From an uncultured Anaerolineales bacterium (GTDB lineage Bacteria; Chloroflexota; Anaerolineae; Anaerolineales; UBA11858), in assembly GCA_964613985.1 (NCBI GenBank), contig CAZTJD010000008.1, positions 3,695 through 67,694 of the forward strand: a DNA stretch of 64,000 bases, given 5' to 3'. The notes beneath the pieces were generated by a model. It was not told the origin of the DNA. It saw nothing but the letters and a program-made list of their open reading frames with translations, and did not search any database. Of this stretch, positions 9,393 to 17,025 are shown piece after piece. Each line of letters starts with the position of its first letter. Positions within the stretch are counted from its first letter, which is position 1. Both the position numbers and the translations under genes were made by a program.

Positions 9393-9772
9393 TGGACCTC
9401 TTTTAATTTCATTACAATTTCGGATAATATTTCCGCCTTCTTCAGGTTGTAGGTCTGGATCCCCAGGTCGAAGGCAACTTCTCTCAATTCCGCGACCCTC
9501 ATCTTCTTTATTTCAGGTAATTCCCCTTCAGACCAGGTCCTTTTAGCTCGTCCCCTTCCTGCAGCGTGGTGTTTTTCCAAACTGCCAATGCCAACGGCCG
9601 TTGGCATGTCAACGGTTATCGGCGCGCCAACGGCTATTGGCACTTTAACCATGATTGGCGCATAATCCCCATAGAACATGACCTCGATCCGGTTTCCAAC
9701 CTGTCGGATAATGTTGTATGGCCGTCCTTTCGCTTCTTGATTAATCCATTCTCGAATTTCTTTTTCCATCAT
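9389..9772 (-). CDS. Small phage protein with a C-terminal HeH/Rho_N (SAP-like) motif
   Basis: The C-terminus MRVAELREVAFDLGIQTYNLKKAEILSEIV matches the helix-extended-helix pattern of Rho_N/SAP-type DNA- or RNA-binding modules. Confidence 0.5.
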   Translation of the reverse strand: MMEKEIREWINQEAKGRPYNIIRQVGNRIEVMFYGDYAPIMVKVPIAVGAPITVDMPTAVGIGSLEKHHAAGRGRAKRTWSEGELPEIKKMRVAELREVAFDLGIQTYNLKKAEILSEIVMKLKEVQ

Positions 9773-9792
9773 TATCTCCTTTGCAGTTTTTT

Positions 9793-11247
9793 TTATGGCA
9801 CCTTTTCATATCTTCCTATGTCAGGAGCATCCCCCAAGTAACCATCGTTGTAACCTTCAATCGCTACCCCTGCATCAATACATGGACTGCCTGTTTGAAG
9901 GGTGTAATCCCTGTTGTCCGGATCACTAAATTTAGGATCACTGGTGATGTTGTGCACTCCAGTCCCACCAAAGGCGGTCGTGTTTCCAAAACCGCAGCAG
10001 TAATCATCATCACAGGTAGCAGGTGCCGAGATAGATATGCCCAATTTACATTCATAGGCAATACAGTTCCTTAAAGTCAGTGCGGCAGATCCTATCAGGG
10101 ATAAAAAACCGATCCCGCTTTGTCCTGCGGTTGTTATTTTCAGGTTGGCTGCGATGCAGTGATAACAGGTCGTGGATCCTGAGGCCTCAGCGATATATCC
10201 ATAGGCATGAATTCCAGGATCGGATGTTAAATAAGCAGAACACTTATGACATAGAAGGGTTGAATTTTCTTCAACGGACATGAATCCGCAGTGATAGAAC
10301 TGGATCGCCTTACAGTTTGTGCAGACCAGCGATGCTTCATCCTGGACGTGAAAGGCATTCGTCACATTGGATATCACTGTATCCGATACATTCAGTACTG
10401 AAGTGGAGGCGTTGTAAGATCTGATACCATAAGCCGTCAAAGAACCTGCGCCGGTTATGGTTACATTGCTGATCGAATTCTCACCGGCTGAATTTCTAAT
10501 TGGGGATTGAGCACCACAGTCTAGCCAGGTACAAGACGAGATCGTATTTCCACTGCCGGCTAGCTGCACCATGTATACTGAAGATCCAGACTTATAGGAC
10601 GGACAGCTGAAGGTACAGTTGGTGATTATGTTGCTGTTTCCTGTTACATCTATCCCATAATAAGCAAAATATTTAAAGGTTATTCCTGTCAGGGTGCAGC
10701 CTGTACCACTGATGGTGAGAAGTTTTGTGTATGCATCTCTGATATCGATCGAGGTAGGCGTTTCTCCACCAATATTGACGTAAACCTTATCATTATCATT
10801 ATCAAAATAGCAGGAATGAGATGTGCTATCGCAGGTTGCAACATCTGCAACAAGTGCCAAATATTGATCACTGTCCCAGGCACCATAGAAGAAAGCAGAA
10901 GGATAAACAGCTTCATAGACGTTCGTTTGCCCACCAGTTTTGCTCCATGAAGTATATTCTGTGGTCGGTACCCAAACCGGTGCAGCGCCAGTGCATGCCC
11001 CTATTGTTAGACCTGTTTCAGCTATTGCCAGGTTCTTTTCTCGATAGATCCCGGATAATAAGCCAATCGTCTCATCATTCCCTGCCGTGGTTAATCCTTT
11101 AGCAATCGTTTTATAAGGATTGGATAAGGACCCATCTCCACTCGAGTCGTTCCCATTGACAGGATCGATGTAATAATCATATGAAATGGTCCTTTGTTCT
11201 TTTTTTATTCGTCTGATTATTCTTCTCGATCCAATTCTCAAGCTCAT
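9793..11247 (-). CDS. Right-handed parallel beta-helix protein (tail spike/depolymerase candidate)
   Basis: The N-terminus YYIDPVNGNDSSGDGSLSNPYKTIAKG is pectate-lyase/DUF1565-like. Behind it come many short repeats rich in N/S/T/G/C (…ITNCTF…, …ISSCTW…, …ISNVTI…). Confidence 0.7.
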   Translation of the reverse strand: MSLRIGSRRIIRRIKKEQRTISYDYYIDPVNGNDSSGDGSLSNPYKTIAKGLTTAGNDETIGLLSGIYREKNLAIAETGLTIGACTGAAPVWVPTTEYTSWSKTGGQTNVYEAVYPSAFFYGAWDSDQYLALVADVATCDSTSHSCYFDNDNDKVYVNIGGETPTSIDIRDAYTKLLTISGTGCTLTGITFKYFAYYGIDVTGNSNIITNCTFSCPSYKSGSSVYMVQLAGSGNTISSCTWLDCGAQSPIRNSAGENSISNVTITGAGSLTAYGIRSYNASTSVLNVSDTVISNVTNAFHVQDEASLVCTNCKAIQFYHCGFMSVEENSTLLCHKCSAYLTSDPGIHAYGYIAEASGSTTCYHCIAANLKITTAGQSGIGFLSLIGSAALTLRNCIAYECKLGISISAPATCDDDYCCGFGNTTAFGGTGVHNITSDPKFSDPDNRDYTLQTGSPCIDAGVAIEGYNDGYLGDAPDIGRYEKVP

Positions 11248-11249
11248 GA

Positions 11250-11723
11250 TCAGCTCCGCAGCAATCCAATCTTCAGCAAGATTCCAGATGCACTATAAGT
11301 CTTCGTGTCTCTAGAAATGGCTCCAATCCAGAGTGAACCTCCTCCCAATTCGTTGGGACTCAGCACAAATCCCATCCCCGTATCCGCAGGACCTTTCACA
11401 GCGATCGTTGAATTTATCAAGTCTTTGTAATCGGCGGCTTCGAAAGGTACCACGCCAGTGATTTCCGCTGCGTTAGCATCGGAGATATTCAATGCTGCGT
11501 TCTCGGTTCCCAAGCTGGTTGCATTCCTTAGGAAGACCAGGTCCAAGGCTCCTGCCTGGTCGTCTTTATCTAACAGCAGGATTGAATTCAAGATCACGCA
11601 TTTCCCAGGAGTGGAAAAAACATTCGCAATTTCCTGTGTATCTGCCAATACGTCCCCATCCGCATAGGCATTGGTATCTAATGTAAGTGTTACTTCAAAC
11701 ACCTCATCCAATGGCAAGTACAT
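11250..11723 (-). CDS. Phage structural protein, unknown
   Basis: 157-aa ORF between the two beta-helix genes. Its start codon lies inside a duplicated 22-bp segment (see findings). Confidence 0.5.
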   Translation of the reverse strand: MYLPLDEVFEVTLTLDTNAYADGDVLADTQEIANVFSTPGKCVILNSILLLDKDDQAGALDLVFLRNATSLGTENAALNISDANAAEITGVVPFEAADYKDLINSTIAVKGPADTGMGFVLSPNELGGGSLWIGAISRDTKTYSASGILLKIGLLRS

Positions 11724-11870
11724 ATGGTTGTTCTCCTCCGCAGAATGACAGTATCATCGTCATTCTGCCGTAAGCATTTCGCAGAAATGCGGCTTCATCC
11801 AATGGCAAGTACATATTATTGTGCTCCTATTTTGGGGGAGGACATTCTAGCTGTCCTCCCCCATTCATGG

Positions 11871-12836
11871 TCATGTAACCATTTCGACGGCTACACCGGA
11901 TAGGTCCGCACCGGTGACAGCATTCATGTTACCGAACAAAACACCACGGTCGCTTGCATCAAGCTTGGTCGTCCCTAATACAATACAGTCTTTTAGGAGG
12001 ATCCTGGAGGAGTTGTTCGCTGCAAAGGCAGGGATTACAAATCCAGAAGCCATGGCGAAGTTGTCCAGGTTTGAATTTAGAAACAGACAGTTATCAAAGA
12101 TCGTGTAGCGATCTATCCCCATCCCATCTGCTACTTCAACGAAAGCCGCTCCAGTATGTCCTGCATACAGGGTAACCTGGCAGTTCTTGAATATATTGCG
12201 ATGCGCTTCTCCATCGAAGAGGATGCCTACCATCCCGGTCCCGGCCGATATCGTATCTACGCCAATCGTACAGTTGATGAATGTGTTCTCTTCAGCTCCA
12301 TTCAGCTTCAGGCTTGCTCCCCCATCTACTGCCTGGGTTGCATGTCCTCCACCGGCAAAGTGAACATTTTCAAAGTAGTTTCTTCCACCTGTTACCTGTA
12401 CATTTATCAGGCTGGTATTATCGTCTACACCTTGAAAGATATAGAAGTTCTTGAAGATACATCCAGAACCGGTAATGTCCAGTAATGGAGAAGCACCGGT
12501 AAATGTGGATAGTTGGAAGATCCTTGCCCTTTGGGCAACCATTGTCGGGGCACAGATCCCTACCAGGTGTGTATAATCTTTCGCCCAGGTCAATGTTTCA
12601 GACAAGTTCATTCCAGAAGTTCCACCAATATAGAAAATCGTGTCCTGTTGACCAGCAACGGTTTTTGCATAAGCCGCTGCTAATCCTGCTAAGGCTGATC
12701 CTGGTGTAATTCCATCATTTCCATCCGACCCGTTAACAGGGTCTACAAAGTAATACCTGGCATTTTTGCCAAATGGGATTGATCCCAAAAGTGGCATCCC
12801 TCCAAGTTGATAAAGTACATCAGCAAATCCAGTCAT
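11871..12836 (-). CDS. Right-handed parallel beta-helix protein (second spike/fibre candidate)
   Basis: The N-terminus YYFVDPVNGSDGNDGITPGSAL is followed by beta-helix rungs (NYFENVHFAGGG, NTFINCTIGVDT, NIFKNCQVTLYAG). Confidence 0.7.
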   Translation of the reverse strand: MTGFADVLYQLGGMPLLGSIPFGKNARYYFVDPVNGSDGNDGITPGSALAGLAAAYAKTVAGQQDTIFYIGGTSGMNLSETLTWAKDYTHLVGICAPTMVAQRARIFQLSTFTGASPLLDITGSGCIFKNFYIFQGVDDNTSLINVQVTGGRNYFENVHFAGGGHATQAVDGGASLKLNGAEENTFINCTIGVDTISAGTGMVGILFDGEAHRNIFKNCQVTLYAGHTGAAFVEVADGMGIDRYTIFDNCLFLNSNLDNFAMASGFVIPAFAANNSSRILLKDCIVLGTTKLDASDRGVLFGNMNAVTGADLSGVAVEMVT

Positions 12837-12852
12837 CTTCTTTGCTCCTTTT

Positions 12853-12877
12853 CCCCTCTCCCTGCGAGGGAGAGGGG
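12853..12877 (-). promoter_or_regulatory. Perfect 11-bp GC-rich stem-loop just upstream of the RBS of the beta-helix gene
   Basis: CCCCTCTCCCT-GCG-AGGGAGAGGGG. On the mRNA strand it is followed by AAAAGGAG..ATG, not by a U-tract. Confidence 0.6.
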
Positions 12878-12897
12878 CTGGGGTTGAGGGTCTAATA

Positions 12898-13242
12898 TCA
12901 ATAAGAGTCGATTGTCACCACAATCGCCACATTCTGCGCTGCGGTCCCACCATCACCATCGTAATCCAGGGTTGCGACGAATATGTCTCCCTTTGAGTGC
13001 GTGGGGAATTGATCGGAAACAAAGTCGTCCCGGTCAAACTCTGCCGGTACGTTGCTGTCACCGATTGCCGTTGCAGCCAAATAAGCATCATCGTCTGAGT
13101 CATTGCCCAGCTTCAAGGTCGCATCTGAATCATTCGAGGCGACCGCCGATACATGCGTGATCTTCCAGTTTCGATCTGCAGCTATTTCGATAACCTGGTC
13201 TGCTGATAAAGTCCCAGGGACATAAAAAGTCATTTTCTCCAT
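12898..13242 (-). CDS. Small acidic head-associated protein (decoration-like?)
   Basis: 114-aa ORF directly after the capsid gene. It is rich in D and predicted beta strands. No diagnostic motif was seen. Confidence 0.45.
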   Translation of the reverse strand: MEKMTFYVPGTLSADQVIEIAADRNWKITHVSAVASNDSDATLKLGNDSDDDAYLAATAIGDSNVPAEFDRDDFVSDQFPTHSKGDIFVATLDYDGDGGTAAQNVAIVVTIDSY

Positions 13243-13289
13243 TATTTATCTCCATTAATTCAGTGTAATCCGTGAGAATCCGTGGTTTC

Positions 13290-15344
13290 CTAGCTTACAT
13301 TGCACTTATATAAACCGCGGTAATCGATCGGTCCAACCGCATAGAAATACCGCACCTTCACCGGCATGACATCGTTCGAAAACATCAATCCAGCTCGTGG
13401 ATCTGCCACCGAGAAGATCTCCGGGTTCTCTCCAAAGCGATAGCCCAGCCCTATCGAAGGGTAAAGCAGCGGATTTGCCTGAGCAGCCCAGTTATTGGCA
13501 TCCGTCCAGAAGGGCGGTACGATGACTCTTCGTTGCGCAGCTTCCAGGCGCGCTCTTTGTCCATCATCCATTGCTTCCGGATTGATATCGTTATTGGCAG
13601 TGCCTGGTTCCTTGGCAGAAGCCAGGATCTGCAGCGCCGTGAATTCCAACTCTACCGGAACCCACAGCAAGTAAGGAGTGGTGAGCGGTCCAATTACTTC
13701 GCCAGAATTGATCTCTGTTTGCTCAAACATTGCGGTTCTAGTCGCGACCCAGGAGGAATAAGATAGCGCTGAGGTTCCAAGGTTGCTGTGGTTGGTGTGG
13801 AAGAGCACAGTAGAGTCGGTATCCAGGGTTGGACCTGTTCCGCTGTTGTCGGTGAATATTGCCGAAATGCTTTTGCCAAGCGTCAGCCAGGCTGCCCGAA
13901 CCAGGGTGCGAGGGATCGCCTGTACTTTCTGGGTGTCGTCCTTATCGATTGCTTCCAGGGTGATCCCCAGGTAGCCACCTTTTTTTACGAAGGCAGAGCT
14001 TTCTTGCTGGTCATCCTGGGTAAGTTCGGTATAAACAGACCCTTCAGCGACCGTCGGTAGTTCACCAACCCCGCCCATCATGATGAATTTCGCATCATGG
14101 AGGGTATTGAAGTTCATCACGGTGACCGCCGGTTCCCACCAACGTGGGAAGAGTTCCCCGATCTCGATCACAGCCTTGTTCAAGGCATCGGCAAAGAGGT
14201 TTGCCAGAGTCGAAGAGTCCACAGCTGCAAACTGGATTCGCTCGTCGTTGAAACGACCAGTCATTTCGTAGTCGCCGGAGAGAAGCAGGTAGAGTTCTCG
14301 AATGCCAGATAGCGGCCTGATCCCTTTCGGTGGATTCTGACCAGAAAGCAGTGCCAGAGCTGCCTGCTGCAGTTCTTCATAACCTTTCAATCCCATCACC
14401 AGGTTTACCTCTCGAGGGGGAGGTCCAGAAAGATCGATGGTATCGCTTTCTCGCCGGTCGGTCAGTCGCCGGTTAAGTTGTTCGAATTGTTCGTTTACTT
14501 GACGCATCCATTCTGTATTTTGATGGTCGTCCGAACTGCCTGTCTGAAACCCAGGTTCGATGGGCGGTATTCTCTGCTCAGGGTGGCTTACTGCTGTTTG
14601 ATGACCTCCAGGACTGCCAAGCCGAATATTCTTTTCAGCCAGAGTCACTTCTCCTGAGTCTTGGCTTTCAGCAATGTTTTTGTTTTCATTTTCTTCAGTC
14701 ATAATATTTGCTCCATTTTTTTTTGCAGTTTGGTTAAGCTCAGCCGCGCCGAGTCCCAAACTGTCATGCCAAGACAGGTCTTCTGTCTTGGCTGACAATG
14801 CTTCGAATACACGCGCCCCCGCAAGCGCTGGTTCAAAGACAATGTCACAGGATTCAACATGGGTGATTTCTTTCAGGATGAGAGGATCATCGGGTTTTTC
14901 GCGCTCTCCATAAGCGCCCCAAAAAACAAGGCTGAAACCTACATCAGGCGGGTTTTCTTCAGCTAACATCGCATCAAAGATGTTAACCATTTCATCGGCG
15001 AGGGTGCGATCGTAAAACGTGATCGTCCCCTGCACTGATTCCGTATGGTCTTCAAACCGGGTATCGTTGATGACAGCTACCAACCGTTCTATCTTGGGAT
15101 ATTCGAAGAAACCAGCATGGTCCACGAATACCGCCAGTTCATTGAATTTTCCTGCTTCAGTAGCCGTCCTTAATGGGTCCGCAGCAATATAACGATTTGA
15201 TTGTTTTCCCCCCATAGCACGTAGAAATCCAGCATGACAGAGCGAAACTTTATATTGCCGCCGCTGCTTGACAGATGTCAGCAGAGATCTGGTAACCGAG
15301 ATATTCCTCTGCCCCCATGTTTCTATGTAGTCAAAATTTTCCAT
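13290..15344 (-). CDS. Probable prohead protease (HK97 gp4/S78-like N-domain), linker and major capsid protein fusion
   Basis: 684 aa, immediately after the portal gene. The N-domain has His/Ser contexts like S78 proteases (VFVDHAGF … DVGFSLVFWG). A low-complexity acidic linker (EENENKNIAESQDSGE) follows, then ~400 aa of capsid-sized C-domain. Confidence 0.55.
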   Translation of the reverse strand: MENFDYIETWGQRNISVTRSLLTSVKQRRQYKVSLCHAGFLRAMGGKQSNRYIAADPLRTATEAGKFNELAVFVDHAGFFEYPKIERLVAVINDTRFEDHTESVQGTITFYDRTLADEMVNIFDAMLAEENPPDVGFSLVFWGAYGEREKPDDPLILKEITHVESCDIVFEPALAGARVFEALSAKTEDLSWHDSLGLGAAELNQTAKKNGANIMTEENENKNIAESQDSGEVTLAEKNIRLGSPGGHQTAVSHPEQRIPPIEPGFQTGSSDDHQNTEWMRQVNEQFEQLNRRLTDRRESDTIDLSGPPPREVNLVMGLKGYEELQQAALALLSGQNPPKGIRPLSGIRELYLLLSGDYEMTGRFNDERIQFAAVDSSTLANLFADALNKAVIEIGELFPRWWEPAVTVMNFNTLHDAKFIMMGGVGELPTVAEGSVYTELTQDDQQESSAFVKKGGYLGITLEAIDKDDTQKVQAIPRTLVRAAWLTLGKSISAIFTDNSGTGPTLDTDSTVLFHTNHSNLGTSALSYSSWVATRTAMFEQTEINSGEVIGPLTTPYLLWVPVELEFTALQILASAKEPGTANNDINPEAMDDGQRARLEAAQRRVIVPPFWTDANNWAAQANPLLYPSIGLGYRFGENPEIFSVADPRAGLMFSNDVMPVKVRYFYAVGPIDYRGLYKCNVS

Positions 15345-15383
15345 AACAAATCTCCATAATGAAATCCATCTAGGCGGTGATTT

Positions 15384-16736
15384 CTACTGTTCACGATCAC
15401 CTTCTTTGTAGGACTCGTTCAGTATGGTTTCGATGTCTTCAGGTGAGACTGGTTCGCCAGCAAATTTCAGAACATTCCGCAGCACCAGACGACTGAGCGA
15501 CCGAGACCTTTTTGGCAGGTGCTGTGAGATCTCCCGCATAGCACGGGAAAGCTGATGTGCAGCCACAGCCAGGTCTTTATTGTCTCGCCTGGATATCTCC
15601 GGGATATCAAGATTAAAGAGTTTGTGGTAATCATTCGATTGAAGTTCAGGCCAGGTTCCAATCTGGACCGCTCTAACATAGGCCTGGTATAGGATGTCTT
15701 GCAAGATATAACCAAAATACTTTTGCCTCCGTAAGAGCCGCCGTTCGGTCGGAGCCTGCATCGCGGTGGCTGTTGCCAGGTTGGCATCCCCTGCCTCGCC
15801 CCGGTAATGCGCCGGGAATCCGCTGCCGGCGTCGATCATGCCGCGTACAGCTTTCATATCATGGGCTGAGTCAGCACCGTGAAGGGAGGGCGTCATTACT
15901 TCCCATTCTTCGCCGGCGTCCTTTACAATCACAGAACCCGCCTCTGGTGTTTTTCGATATTTCTGTGCTGTCGATTGCACTTTATTCGTTGGCACCGTCA
16001 CAATCCAAAGGAAAAGCTTGGCAGCCCAATGCAAACGGACCCGATCTTCCAGCATCCTTGAATACCGCAGCAGCCAGGGTATGATCGAGGCAATGTCTGA
16101 TTCTCCCAACAACGCACCAATGGGGCGGTTGATGGCATAGTGAAGCATGATCGCGTTTGTTTCTTCTGTCGCCTGGATCGGCGCAAGCCATTCTTTTACT
16201 TCGTTCATTCCCTTTTTTTGGTAGTATTTGATTTCTGTTTCCCAGTCGTTCGGCAGCGTATCGATTTTCGTGATTTCATCCTTGGTGACAAAACGAATGT
16301 AGCTCATTCCGTTTTCTTCGTTTCGAAACAGCACCACGAACAGATCCCCTGCTCGGGTGAGCTCTTCACACATCGACTCAAGTCTCAGGTCCATCAGGTT
16401 CTTTGGATGGTTCCAGAATTCGGCGATAAACTTGTTGAAATTTTCGTCATCTGAGGTAATTTTGATCTGATCCCCAACAATATAGTCTGTTGCTGCTTCG
16501 ATATATCGCTTCGCAAAGGGGTTCTTCCGCCATGCCTTCAGTGAATCTTCGTAAAGTCCCTGGATTTCTGCACTATCGCGGTCATGCGAACCGATCCCCC
16601 CCGGGAATAGCTGATTCCAACCAGCAGCATCATTGACCTGGCTGGTGACCGTCGCCAGCTGCATTTTCCAGCCTGATCCACCAATCAACCTGGCAATCGT
16701 ATCCGCAATTTTCAAACGTAATGATTGTCTGTTCAC
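15384..16736 (-). CDS. Phage portal protein
   Basis: 450 aa. The call rests on its position between the terminase and capsid genes and its typical size. No motif-level proof. Confidence 0.6.
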   Translation of the reverse strand: MNRQSLRLKIADTIARLIGGSGWKMQLATVTSQVNDAAGWNQLFPGGIGSHDRDSAEIQGLYEDSLKAWRKNPFAKRYIEAATDYIVGDQIKITSDDENFNKFIAEFWNHPKNLMDLRLESMCEELTRAGDLFVVLFRNEENGMSYIRFVTKDEITKIDTLPNDWETEIKYYQKKGMNEVKEWLAPIQATEETNAIMLHYAINRPIGALLGESDIASIIPWLLRYSRMLEDRVRLHWAAKLFLWIVTVPTNKVQSTAQKYRKTPEAGSVIVKDAGEEWEVMTPSLHGADSAHDMKAVRGMIDAGSGFPAHYRGEAGDANLATATAMQAPTERRLLRRQKYFGYILQDILYQAYVRAVQIGTWPELQSNDYHKLFNLDIPEISRRDNKDLAVAAHQLSRAMREISQHLPKRSRSLSRLVLRNVLKFAGEPVSPEDIETILNESYKEGDREQ

Positions 16737-16835
16737 TGTTTTATTCCAGGCAAAATCTTTCTTCTCTCGTAATTCTGGCGATACCTGACCGCTTTCCCAT
16801 GATCTACCCTGGTTGTTCCAAGATTGAAGGGTTCC

Positions 16836-16988
16836 TCATTCATCAAGGTACCTCGCCAGAATCAGAATGAGAATGATCATAACCATCCCGCAAATTCCAA
16901 GACAATATTCATAAGCCGTGTAGTCATAGATCATTGAAGTCCTTCTTTTGCCAGCCTCAGGTATTAATTGGTTCGCTCTGTTGCTCAT
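16836..16988 (-). CDS. Candidate 50-aa single-TM ORF between TerL and portal
   Basis: My own translation gives MSNRANQLIPEAGKRRTSMIYDYTAYEYCLGICGMVMIILILILARYLDE. It is below the ORF-track cutoff. Confidence 0.25.
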   Translation of the reverse strand: MSNRANQLIPEAGKRRTSMIYDYTAYEYCLGICGMVMIILILILARYLDE

Positions 16989-17025
16989 GACCTAAAAAAA
17001 ACGTGTAACCTGTGAAATCCGTGGT

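Noticed and set aside
12853-12877. Calling the GC hairpin an intrinsic terminator
   Set aside because: On the transcribed (minus) strand it is followed by AAAAGGAG, not a U-tract. The T-run is on the non-transcribed side.
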